DNA of 64,000 nt from a virus (IMGVR_UViG_3300007072_000001:1-64000); one strand, 5' to 3'; positions 19,349 through 28,847 are shown, numbered from the stretch's first letter. The notes: a model not told the origin generated them from the letters alone. Program-made: numbers and translations.

Positions 19349-19640
19349 CTGACATACTCCACGGGCTAAAGCACCGTGGGTTCTAAGGTCTACACTCCTC
19401 ATGTAGTTGCCTCTTGGGGGATATCAGAGTTCCCCTTGCACCAATCTCTGTCTTGGTGCAATTTAGAATGCTCATCCATTAACGCAATATTGAAGGAGGC
19501 GTTAACGTCTGCATTCTCAACGTGTCCGCATTTAGGACACTTAAATTGTTTTCCTGTTCTTTCACCTAACTGACCGCACCTACTACAAGTTTGACTTGTG
19601 TATGCTGGGTCAATTAAAGTTACTGGTATGCCCGCTAATA
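19349..19640 (-). mobile_element. tnpB: IS200/IS605-family remnant: tnpB 3' end plus right-end hairpin
   Basis: [37 protein letters not shown]; right end GAACCCACGGTGCTTTAGCCCGTGGAGTATGTCAG. Confidence 0.85.
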
Positions 19641-19806
19641 CCTGATGTAAAATCATCTCCATATCTTTCTATTTGTTTAACTTCAATATCATCTCTTTCA
19701 AAATCTTTCAACTTCAAATCATCAATAAACATATCTTTTAAATCATCTATCACATATTCATATAATTCTGAACTTAATATTTTTACATTAGCTTTAATTG
19801 AAGATT

Positions 19807-21300
19807 TTAATTCCTTTTCAATTTCTTCAATTTCTTCAATTTCTTTTCTAATTCATCATCTTTTAAAAAATCTTCTTCTACTAAACTTTCATCTTCTACA
19901 AAATCTTCTTCATTTGCTGAACGCCAAACGCCTTCTCTTCTATCATACACTTGGAATCTGCCTTCTTTATCTTCTCTTACTAAGACTTCTTCACCATCTT
20001 CCTTTCTATACATAATTTTTTCAGCTTTGATTGAGGCTTCAATTTCTTCAAGTTCACTTGCAGTCGTTTCAATTATAGTTCCATCTTCTAATTCCACATT
20101 TATCAAATCAAGCTCTTCATTCACTTTATTCGTACTAGCAGCAACTGGCACCATCTTCTCAATATTGTTTCCTATTCTTAACATATCTTTAAGTACATTT
20201 ACTATCTGTTCAAGAACTCCAGTTCCCTTCTCCATTGCCTCTGCATCCTCAATTATTTCGGCCTGTTCTTCAGCATTAATTGAAGTTTTAATTTGAGTTT
20301 GTTTTGGCTTCTTCTCCAATTCTAACACTGTTATTTCTCTTGTAAACTCTGTATATTTACCAAGCAATTCTTCAAGTTCTTTCTTCTTCTCTTGTAAAGC
20401 CTTTATTTCAGCAGCCACCTTATCAATTTTCTCCTGCTCTTCTTTAGTATATTTCTTGCTCTTCGGCTTTAGTCTTTCATATACACCAATAAATCTCTCT
20501 TCTGTCAGTTTCGCAAGGTCTCCAAGTTTGTTATTGACTTTGGCATGATTGTAATAGTTCTCAATTGCCTGTTCGACAGCCTTAGACTGAGAAGCTTCAG
20601 GGTCTTTGAATGCATCAGTAATTTTCTTCATTTCAGCTTGCTTTGCATTGGTTATCTCTGTAAGTTTATTAATTGTAGCCACAACCTCTTCAAAAAGCTT
20701 TTTTTCAACTTCTTCAATTGGCTTAGCAGTTTCTGGATCCACAACTTCTTCCGGCCTCTTTGTTGTCTTCTGAAAACGAGTAGTCTCTTCAACAATCTTT
20801 TCCTCTTTAACCTTCTTTGCTTCTTTCTCACTTAATTTCGGAGCAGCTTCAAGTCTTTTTCTCAATTCCTCAGCTTCAAATCTCTTAGCCTTAATAGCCG
20901 CTTTAAGTTGAGACAACTTCTCAATAATTTTTTGTTTATTTTTAATTTCCAATCGAGCAGCTTCCATAATTTTCAACTCTTCAGGAGTCATAGCCTTCTT
21001 CACTTTATCAATTTCAGCCTGAATTGCTTTTGCATTACGTCTCTTTTCTATCTCAGCTTTAAGACGTTTTGCCCTCTCTTCCTTTTCTTTGAGAGTTTTA
21101 AGCTCGTCATCCTTCAAAGATTTTTTTGCTGCCAAAACGTCAGCCTTTAGCTTTCTGCTCAACTCAACTGCAGAAAGAAGAGATTTGATTCTGTCTTCCT
21201 TCTGTTGAGAAGCTTGTGTTTTCTCTGTTTCGATATCTTGCAATAATTTATCTACTTCCAACGATGCCTTAATTACCCACTCTGGATGTTGATTCGCCAT
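19807..21300 (-). CDS. Coiled-coil head-associated protein rich in [ILV]xA sites; probable frameshifted extension to ~19610
   Basis: Numerous IKA/LKA/IQA/IEA; the -1 frame continues EIEEIEEIEKELKSSIKANV.. Confidence 0.7.
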   Translation of the reverse strand: MANQHPEWVIKASLEVDKLLQDIETEKTQASQQKEDRIKSLLSAVELSRKLKADVLAAKKSLKDDELKTLKEKEERAKRLKAEIEKRRNAKAIQAEIDKVKKAMTPEELKIMEAARLEIKNKQKIIEKLSQLKAAIKAKRFEAEELRKRLEAAPKLSEKEAKKVKEEKIVEETTRFQKTTKRPEEVVDPETAKPIEEVEKKLFEEVVATINKLTEITNAKQAEMKKITDAFKDPEASQSKAVEQAIENYYNHAKVNNKLGDLAKLTEERFIGVYERLKPKSKKYTKEEQEKIDKVAAEIKALQEKKKELEELLGKYTEFTREITVLELEKKPKQTQIKTSINAEEQAEIIEDAEAMEKGTGVLEQIVNVLKDMLRIGNNIEKMVPVAASTNKVNEELDLINVELEDGTIIETTASELEEIEASIKAEKIMYRKEDGEEVLVREDKEGRFQVYDRREGVWRSANEEDFVEDESLVEEDFLKDDELEKKLKKLKKLKRN

Positions 21301-21312
21301 TTCAATGCCTCC

Positions 21313-21498
21313 TTAAATGATTTCTTTTAGCTTTTCGCTAAAGTATTCTTGAGCTTCTTCCAAATCTTCAACAGAAACATCTGCTTCATTCACTATCTTT
21401 TGAAAACAACTTTCATACATTTTTTTAAACTCACCTTCGTTGATAGTATCTGAAACAACTCTTTCAATAATTTCTTTTTGTTCATTGTTAAGAGCCAT
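21313..21498 (-). CDS. Hypothetical protein
   Basis: Coupled ORF (TAATG overlap). Confidence 0.6.
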   Translation of the reverse strand: MALNNEQKEIIERVVSDTINEGEFKKMYESCFQKIVNEADVSVEDLEEAQEYFSEKLKEII

Positions 21499-21746
21499 TA
21501 TAACACCTTAAGTTTTTGTAGAAATTCCTCTGATAACTTTTGAAACTTTTCCTCATCTTTATTTATGTACATTTCGTTTATTTTTTCAATGTCATCAAGT
21601 ATTTGTTCATATATCTTTAAATCTTCTTGTGTCTGAATCTTTTTTACCCAATGCTCTTTACCATCAATAAACACTTTAATTACATCTTTAGAAAGCACTA
21701 CATCTATTTTATCTGTTTCAATACGATTCCAAATTACAAATTCCAT
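21498..21746 (-). CDS. Hypothetical protein
   Basis: RBS, operon context. Confidence 0.6.
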   Translation of the reverse strand: MEFVIWNRIETDKIDVVLSKDVIKVFIDGKEHWVKKIQTQEDLKIYEQILDDIEKINEMYINKDEEKFQKLSEEFLQKLKVL

Positions 21747-21767
21747 TCATTTCTCCTTTAATGAATA

Positions 21768-22190
21768 TTAAGCTTTCTTGTCGTGAATATTCCAACCACC
21801 TTTTTGCTTCACCCAAGCCTTATCATAAAGCCAAGTATAAACATTTTCACATGCCTCAAAAAGCTCTTTATCTTTTGAATTGTCACTTTCCTTAAGACCA
21901 TTTATTATACTAAACTCTTTTAATGTATCAGCACAATCAGTAGCAACTTGTTTTATTGCAGTTTCATCTTGATCTTTCAATGCAGTAAGCAGTTTTGATT
22001 TGAGAGTAGTTTTAAAGTCATCTTCAAAAGAAGATTTCTCGTCAGCCTCGTCGAGAAACATATCCATTTCTTGAACAATCTCAGCGTCAGTCTTTCCAGT
22101 TTCAATGAGCTCTCTTATCTTTGTTTCTATTTCATGTTTAGTCTTCGCCATGATTGTCCTCCTTATTTTATACAGCAACAGCTTCATCAA
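21768..22190 (-). CDS. Putative head cargo protein with N-terminal GKT tag (probable start MAKTK)
   Basis: EIETKIRELIETGKTDAEIVQEM. Confidence 0.65.
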   Translation of the reverse strand: MMKLLLYKIRRTIMAKTKHEIETKIRELIETGKTDAEIVQEMDMFLDEADEKSSFEDDFKTTLKSKLLTALKDQDETAIKQVATDCADTLKEFSIINGLKESDNSKDKELFEACENVYTWLYDKAWVKQKGGWNIHDKKA

Positions 22191-23400
22191 TCAGTGTAAG
22201 AGTCCAGTTAGCAGGATTATCTCCTTCGTTTACTCTGTACTTGCCACTTGAAAGATTGAGTATCATACCAGGCTTAAGGTCTTCATAATTTACTTTAGCG
22301 AGGTGAATCTGCTTCTGTATTTCCCCAACTCTTGTGGCCTTCAATCTCTTAACCGCATTCGCTACTTCAAGTCTCTGATATTGCTCGCTTGCAACAACAT
22401 CTGAAAGATCTTCTTCAAGCTTTGCTTTAAGTCTCTCTTCCATTTCAGCTCTAACTATATTCTTAAATTCAGATTCCTCAATTTTGTATTTCATTATGTC
22501 AGCTTTAATTTTTAATTTCCCACCAATAACTGGAAGCGCAAATGTTAACAAGTCGTCTTTCACCTGAGCTTTAACAATCACATTCCCACTGTATGAACCA
22601 TCCTTCATTTCTATAAATGTCTTAGTATCAACAATTTTTGGAACACCAGTCTTATAAGAAAATACTTTCCTTTTAATCAGTTCTGATGCGTTTATTTTAA
22701 TCACCTTATCAAAATTCTCTCTCATACCAGCAAATTGGTCTTCGTATTGAACCTTCTGCATTGCTCCTATCTGAACTTTAGCCTGCATTGATTCATTCTT
22801 TGATTGTATCTCTGGAGCAGATGGGCCATCCACCAAATAAGAGTCCTCCAAGAATTGTACATTATATTTGCCAACAAATTTCGGTTCCACTCCCATTTCC
22901 GCAGTAACTAATGCACAAAGCATTTTAATATTAGATTCTGTGATTTCTGATTTTGTAAGCTCTCCTATATTCCCTATAAGAGGATATTCTATTCTGAAAG
23001 CATTACCATGTTGAATCGCCTTAATGAGACTCAAATCAAATTCAACAACTTCTACAACTTCATTTTCTTTTGCTTCAATCTGTGGTTTAAGAACAAGCTC
23101 GGCAACATCCATCGAACTTTCAAAATTCTTAGGCACCCAGTTTTTCAGCTTATCTTTTCCAAAAACAAATTCACCAATCTTATGTTCATTGCCAAGAATA
23201 TAAGAAGCTTTCACCTTTGCAGTCACATCATCCGTTTCAAAACCTTCTATTTTTATCTGCACTGCTCCCTTTGCTCTAAGCATAGTACGCAAAGAAGTCT
23301 CAATATTCATTCGAGACTTCTCCATAAGCCTATTTGCTCTTACTATATTCTCATGAACAATAACATCCTTTGCTGCTATTCTCCTTTGAATATTTTGCAT
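22168..23400 (-). CDS. Late structural/core protein rich in [ILV]xA sites
   Basis: First gene after a late promoter; >12 VKA/IEA/IKA/INA/VRA/VVA sites. Confidence 0.6.
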   Translation of the reverse strand: MQNIQRRIAAKDVIVHENIVRANRLMEKSRMNIETSLRTMLRAKGAVQIKIEGFETDDVTAKVKASYILGNEHKIGEFVFGKDKLKNWVPKNFESSMDVAELVLKPQIEAKENEVVEVVEFDLSLIKAIQHGNAFRIEYPLIGNIGELTKSEITESNIKMLCALVTAEMGVEPKFVGKYNVQFLEDSYLVDGPSAPEIQSKNESMQAKVQIGAMQKVQYEDQFAGMRENFDKVIKINASELIKRKVFSYKTGVPKIVDTKTFIEMKDGSYSGNVIVKAQVKDDLLTFALPVIGGKLKIKADIMKYKIEESEFKNIVRAEMEERLKAKLEEDLSDVVASEQYQRLEVANAVKRLKATRVGEIQKQIHLAKVNYEDLKPGMILNLSSGKYRVNEGDNPANWTLTLIDEAVAV

Positions 23401-23427
23401 TGTACAACCTCCTATATTTATTTATAT

Positions 23428-23447
23428 TAAATACGAAAAAATAACTA
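23428..23447 (-). promoter_or_regulatory. Putative phage late promoter TAGTTA-N8-TATTTA
   Basis: Exact motif in intergenic gap. Confidence 0.75.
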
Positions 23448-24584
23448 TCAACTACGAGTGACCTCAATCTCTTGTGCTTTACCTTCAATGTCGTATACCC
23501 ACATATAATCGTATTGTTCTCCATTATACCCACCAACCCAGAATCTTCCTTTTGTTTTAGAAAGACTATTGAGTTTAGCTTCAGATACATTATTTTCTGC
23601 CATAGCTTTCATAAAATCATCATATGGAAGCTTGACAGTCTCTCCCCATTGTGATTTGTACTTCTTGTATTTGAAAAAGAAAGAATTTAATGCATCTTCA
23701 ATATCTTCTGTTTTGTATTTGTATCGTTCTTCATATTCCCCTTTATCAATAACATCTGGGTCGCCATCAATCGAATACATTTTACCTTTGTATTTTATCT
23801 TCTTTCCTACTTTTTGAAATATAGTGTCATATGGTATTTCTTTTTTGTATGTTTCCATATACCATTTTTGCAAAATTTGAGGTATATTCGCTTTGTCAAC
23901 AAAAACAAATCCATGCATTTGTGGAAGCTTGCTGAATAATACTGTTTCAGCAAAATCACTATCTTTCTTCTTTGTCCGGTAAACAATAACTCCATAATCT
24001 CCAAGCATTTTATGATGTGTTGCACTACCATCCTCTTTCTCCGCCGTAGTATCGTCCACCTTTACCCAAACACTTTTTCTGTCATGCTTTGCTTTAAATT
24101 GGTCCGACATTTGATTATATGCATCAGCACCGAACTGAAACTTTTGACCTTTTTCTAATGCACTATATTTTACCTCATCAACCTTTGCAGCTTGTATATA
24201 TTGAGTTCTACGATACATTATCTTTCCTTTTACTCTGTCAATTATAACTTTGACATACAAAGGATTAACATTGAATCTTTCACTTATTTTAACACGCAGT
24301 TTACTCGAAATTATATCATCATCATACATCCATATTACATTATCTGGCCCAATATCAAGAACTCCTTCAACTTGTTTGTATGGATTATCATATGGTGGTG
24401 TAGATTCTGGGTACAATATCTCTCTGGCATTATCACCAGAATAATGAGGACTGTTCTTATGAGATTCAGCCCTATCAAATGTTGCTGGGTTGTTAGGCCT
24501 TACAGTCGGAGATATTAAATCATTTCTAAAATAAGGAACAGTATTTGAGTCTGCGCCGCTTCTATTTTTAGGGTCTAATGGCAT
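23448..24584 (-). CDS. Modular late protein with duplicated small beta domain
   Basis: VKYSALEKGQKFQF..VWVKVD and VLFSKLPQMHGFVF..IFQKVG repeats after IQAA. Confidence 0.6.
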   Translation of the reverse strand: MPLDPKNRSGADSNTVPYFRNDLISPTVRPNNPATFDRAESHKNSPHYSGDNAREILYPESTPPYDNPYKQVEGVLDIGPDNVIWMYDDDIISSKLRVKISERFNVNPLYVKVIIDRVKGKIMYRRTQYIQAAKVDEVKYSALEKGQKFQFGADAYNQMSDQFKAKHDRKSVWVKVDDTTAEKEDGSATHHKMLGDYGVIVYRTKKKDSDFAETVLFSKLPQMHGFVFVDKANIPQILQKWYMETYKKEIPYDTIFQKVGKKIKYKGKMYSIDGDPDVIDKGEYEERYKYKTEDIEDALNSFFFKYKKYKSQWGETVKLPYDDFMKAMAENNVSEAKLNSLSKTKGRFWVGGYNGEQYDYMWVYDIEGKAQEIEVTRS

Positions 24585-24596
24585 ATCTCACCTCAA

Positions 24597-27374
24597 TCAT
24601 TTTTCATGTTCTAATCTCATACTCCAACCTTTTCTTGACCAATTAACTCCAACTATTTCTTTTATCTCATCTTCAGTCTTTCCTTCAAGCAAAAGCGCTT
24701 TGATTTTACTTTCAATGTTTTCTTCTATAAATCTGCCTTCTCCAACACGATAAACATCTTCGTCTGCAACATTATATTTTTGCTTCAAATACTCGAGGTT
24801 ATTAGAACATTCAGTCACTTCATGTTTATCTTTTCCTCTCTTACCAAATTCCCACACACCATACCGAGGTAGTTTCTTCTCATATGCCTTCTTATTAATA
24901 TGGTCCTCAACTGTCATCACTATTTCTTTACCATTATCTGTTATAAAAGGGCGCTTATCGCCTTCAATCGAAGCATTTAATTTTGTCAATCGACTTACAT
25001 CTATTGTTATTATATTACCAGTATTTTCTTGCATAACTTGACATTTCCCAAAATAAGGTTCGGAAACTACTTTACCATATGTACCAACTGGCGGGTCGTT
25101 GTTTACATTATCAAAATCATCATTGACTTTAATTATTGTCCAAAGCTCTCCTTCTTTATCCCAAACCTCTTGGCCGACTTTATATTGTTTCTTACTGACA
25201 TTGAATTTTCTTGCCAACAGCAGCCTTTCAACCTTCTCTTCTCTTTTGATACCATCTGCACCTTCAAGTGTAGCTATTCCATTCTCTATCTTTATGACTT
25301 TTCTTTTTGTCAAATCAGCATGACCTTTCTCTGCAAAGTCTTTTGGCTTAATTCTTACCCAATCCCCTACTTTAATATTCACGTTATCCTCCGCGCTTAT
25401 TTTTTGCAAGCTTAAGAATACCTTACCTGTATCTTCTAAAAATTCAGCGAATTTACAACTTTTAATTGCTTGATATATTTGACTCTTTTCATCTACATCA
25501 AGCTCTTTCCAATTCTCGATTTGAAAATATATAGCATCATCCCCTTTAATTTCAGAAACCTTTGCAGTTGTCCTTGTCATTATAAATTCGCGAGCTTCCT
25601 CAAAGAACTTGATTATTTGAGGCGGTATGCTTTGTACATCTGGTATCGGAATACCAAAATAAGCTTTTATAACCGATTCATAATAATTTTTTAATTCATC
25701 TTCAGTTTTAAAATACAAAACATTCTGTGGGTTATAGTTAACCATTTCTCTTCCCTTTATAATCAATCCATCAAACCCATTTTTCATCATTTCTATAGAC
25801 ATATCTGTATTATTTTCAAAAAAACTTCTATCATAATCTTTATTATATTTTGCACAAAACTTAATTATTAAATCTTGGCGCAATAATTCTGCATCGTTTA
25901 AAGTATTCACTATTTTTGGATTCTTTGGTATGCCATTAACAACAAAATAAACATCTCCATATTGTTTCGCCATTTCACGATTACTTAATGGAACAGTATA
26001 TAACCCTTTCCCAAAACTACCATATACTTTATTTTCTTGACCCCTCTCTTTCATCCCTCTCAAAGTCACATTCTTTCTTTTCCAAAGTTGATATGAAGAT
26101 TGCTCAGAAACTACACTTGGCTTTCTAGATAAATGCTCAGATATAGCAAAATCCTGATTTTTTTTAAACCCAAACCCCTTATACCATTTCTCAAGCCTTT
26201 TTTTGTTCCCACCAAAATCAGAAGATGGTGTTAAAGCTAATGTCAATTTGTGTTTGTTAGCAAAATCAATCACCATATTCATAACTTCAGTGCCAATCCC
26301 CTGATTACGTTGCTCCTTTGGAACAATAATCTTATCTATAGTCAAACTATTACTTGGCGCATGATACGTTGTCCATAACTGAACACCAGGATACTTTTCT
26401 TCAACAAGCTTATCTAATTTATGTATATCAACTTCAGCTTTTATTTTTGCAGCCATCTTCGCGTCAAGCTCTCCAACTGGCCTTTCCATTATTTCACCAT
26501 CTACTTTTTCTATGATAACAATATCAGTCTCATCGAAATCATCAGAAGTATCCGGCTCATCAAGACTCCATTTGTTCTTGTTCTTATATCTCCTCCACTC
26601 CATTTCACTTATAACAGCCCTTCCATTTTCTATTTCATCAAGCAAACGAATAGCTTGTTTCTTCGCTTCTTCAAGCGTATCGGCATGGTCTATCTCTTCT
26701 ACATCTTCTGAATCCCCTTCGAATATTCTTATAGCATATTCAGTAGACATGTATCTCCCTTTGTTATAAGCATCAATCTCTATCTCATTTATAACATCTC
26801 TCTTTGCTTTAAATGCTGTCAATTCAAATCTCTCTTCATTTGGCGTTGTGAAATAGAAATTCCTAATTTCGAACTCCTCATCCTTAAATGCTTCTTCACC
26901 TACTAACTCATCACCTTTACCCTTCTGAACATAAGCAAGAGTAATATGAGGTTCATATATTGGATGCTCATCTGCATTCTCGAAGTTTTCTGATATGGTT
27001 TTATTTATGGTCTCCAAGTCTTTGGATATAACATCGACCTTCAATACATCATAATCTTCTTGTTCAAATTTGCCTATCGGACCAAGCTTTATTTTAACTG
27101 GTTTCAAATATGGTCGAATCAACTCAGGATTGGTTTCTTTTAACCCATACTTGACCGTAATATGAAACTCATCCTCACGGCCATATTTGTCCTGCTCTTT
27201 GTCAGGCAAATAAAGAATATCATCCTTAATTTTACCATAAGAAAACTTCTTCAACGCTTCCTTAAGGCTGCCTGGCAGACTGCACATGAGACACGAATAA
27301 TCATAGGCTGCAAGTATTGCAACAATCTCTTTATGCTTATAGCCTGCAGTAATGAGCGATTGAACAAAACTCAT
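24597..27374 (-). CDS. Polyvalent protein: 2H phosphoesterase (Acb1-like) + GNAT acetyltransferase + ART-like domain + SH3/KOW-like modules
   Basis: HITVKYG and PHITLAY (2 x HxT); IIVPKEQRNQGIGT..WYKGFGF (GNAT); LRG..FGKGLYT..GFDGLI..REMV (ART-like); IKVGDWV, YKVGQEV. Confidence 0.8.
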   Translation of the reverse strand: MSFVQSLITAGYKHKEIVAILAAYDYSCLMCSLPGSLKEALKKFSYGKIKDDILYLPDKEQDKYGREDEFHITVKYGLKETNPELIRPYLKPVKIKLGPIGKFEQEDYDVLKVDVISKDLETINKTISENFENADEHPIYEPHITLAYVQKGKGDELVGEEAFKDEEFEIRNFYFTTPNEERFELTAFKAKRDVINEIEIDAYNKGRYMSTEYAIRIFEGDSEDVEEIDHADTLEEAKKQAIRLLDEIENGRAVISEMEWRRYKNKNKWSLDEPDTSDDFDETDIVIIEKVDGEIMERPVGELDAKMAAKIKAEVDIHKLDKLVEEKYPGVQLWTTYHAPSNSLTIDKIIVPKEQRNQGIGTEVMNMVIDFANKHKLTLALTPSSDFGGNKKRLEKWYKGFGFKKNQDFAISEHLSRKPSVVSEQSSYQLWKRKNVTLRGMKERGQENKVYGSFGKGLYTVPLSNREMAKQYGDVYFVVNGIPKNPKIVNTLNDAELLRQDLIIKFCAKYNKDYDRSFFENNTDMSIEMMKNGFDGLIIKGREMVNYNPQNVLYFKTEDELKNYYESVIKAYFGIPIPDVQSIPPQIIKFFEEAREFIMTRTTAKVSEIKGDDAIYFQIENWKELDVDEKSQIYQAIKSCKFAEFLEDTGKVFLSLQKISAEDNVNIKVGDWVRIKPKDFAEKGHADLTKRKVIKIENGIATLEGADGIKREEKVERLLLARKFNVSKKQYKVGQEVWDKEGELWTIIKVNDDFDNVNNDPPVGTYGKVVSEPYFGKCQVMQENTGNIITIDVSRLTKLNASIEGDKRPFITDNGKEIVMTVEDHINKKAYEKKLPRYGVWEFGKRGKDKHEVTECSNNLEYLKQKYNVADEDVYRVGEGRFIEENIESKIKALLLEGKTEDEIKEIVGVNWSRKGWSMRLEHEK

Positions 27375-27375
27375 A

Positions 27376-28827
27376 TTAACCCTCCTTCTTAGTCTCTATT
27401 CTCTCGTCAATCTCGTGTGCATATTCTGGTGTAGTGCACTTTCTTCCTTGCTCCTCAAGTTCTTTTATTTGTTTTTTAATATTTTCAGAAGCTTTTATTT
27501 CAATGCCATTATCTTCCAAAATCTTTTTAAAATCATCTTTGCTACGAACTCTTTGAGAAAATACATAAATCTTTCCATCATCATATATATAAGCTGCATT
27601 ATCTTGATGATTAATATCAAGAATTACTGTCTGTGGGGCTTTGCCTATTGTTGTCCCACCAGAAAACTTTACCCCAAGTTCTTCAGCAAATCTTTCTAAT
27701 TCTGCTATTGCACGTTCTTGTTCGTCCGTCGAAGCGTATTTTGCAAATTGAGAAGCTTTAAGAAATGCTACCTCATCTTCTTCAACTTTAATCGGATCTT
27801 CGGTCGTTTTATATCTCACACCATAAACAAACCAAGATGTTGCTCTGGCTAAATCTCTAAATCCAACTTTCTTAACTTTAACAGTCCAACCTTGTCTTTT
27901 TAATTCCTTGGCTTTTTCGTAAGCTTTTACCTTAGCCTCTTCCCCATCTTTCGATGTTAAATATACTATTTTTATTTTTTCAAACTTTTCAAAAAATTCC
28001 TTTGGGTATATATCACTGTGCATAACGATATTCAATGCCTCATTTATATCCATATCTCCACTTAAAATATTAATAATTTCTTTGTCTGATTTTCCTTGCG
28101 CAATAAAATACTTAATTCTCGCATCAATAGAACCTTTCATTTTGTATGCTGCGTCTGAATATTCATCAAGCAATCGCTCATCAAGTTTATAAAGAAACTC
28201 TTCCCAAGCCTTTTTATTATTTTCTTCACTAACATCTGAATGTTCTTTCGCAACATATGCTTTAATATCATCAATAGTTTCCTCGATAATATCATATCTA
28301 AGCCCACCACCCTCTTCCACATCTATTATATCGACTGGGTCAACTCCAGTTATTTCCTCAAAATTCATTGCAACATCATATGCAGCTTCCCTAACAGCAG
28401 TTTTTTCATCGATTGATAAACCAGCTTTAAATTTTTTATTAACTTGCTTTGTTTCTACTTCAGTATTTTCTTCATCTTTCTCCTTCACCCCATAATGGTC
28501 AGCATAATTTACTTTAAAATCTGATATCAAACTAATATCACCAAATGCCGACATCCATATCGCCATTCTGTCCATATTTATCGAAACATCTTCTTTAAAC
28601 ACAAACACAAGGTCAGTTCTTCCATCGCTCGATGTCATTTCATAAACTGCTTCAAAAAGTTCTTCTGGTTTGTCAAATCTTGTTGAGCCAGACTCTTTGA
28701 GTTGTTTCGCTATTCCATTAACCCATTCATTTAAGTCCCCATCAGCTCCTAATACAACAAACCCTTCTTTATTGTTTGTCAACTCAAGCATTTCTTCCCA
28801 ACCAATCTTTTCTATGTTCATGGACAA
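27376..28827 (-). CDS. Modular (polyvalent-like) late protein with internal GKS tag
   Basis: Several domains separated by FKA/IDA/LKA/IKA; RIKYFIAQGKSDKEIINIL. Confidence 0.65.
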   Translation of the reverse strand: MSMNIEKIGWEEMLELTNNKEGFVVLGADGDLNEWVNGIAKQLKESGSTRFDKPEELFEAVYEMTSSDGRTDLVFVFKEDVSINMDRMAIWMSAFGDISLISDFKVNYADHYGVKEKDEENTEVETKQVNKKFKAGLSIDEKTAVREAAYDVAMNFEEITGVDPVDIIDVEEGGGLRYDIIEETIDDIKAYVAKEHSDVSEENNKKAWEEFLYKLDERLLDEYSDAAYKMKGSIDARIKYFIAQGKSDKEIINILSGDMDINEALNIVMHSDIYPKEFFEKFEKIKIVYLTSKDGEEAKVKAYEKAKELKRQGWTVKVKKVGFRDLARATSWFVYGVRYKTTEDPIKVEEDEVAFLKASQFAKYASTDEQERAIAELERFAEELGVKFSGGTTIGKAPQTVILDINHQDNAAYIYDDGKIYVFSQRVRSKDDFKKILEDNGIEIKASENIKKQIKELEEQGRKCTTPEYAHEIDERIETKKEG

Positions 28828-28847
28828 GACCTCCTGTGTTTATTTAA

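Noticed and set aside
19399-19662. Functional TnpB/Cas12-like nuclease
   Set aside because: Only the zinc-finger/RuvC-III tail remains
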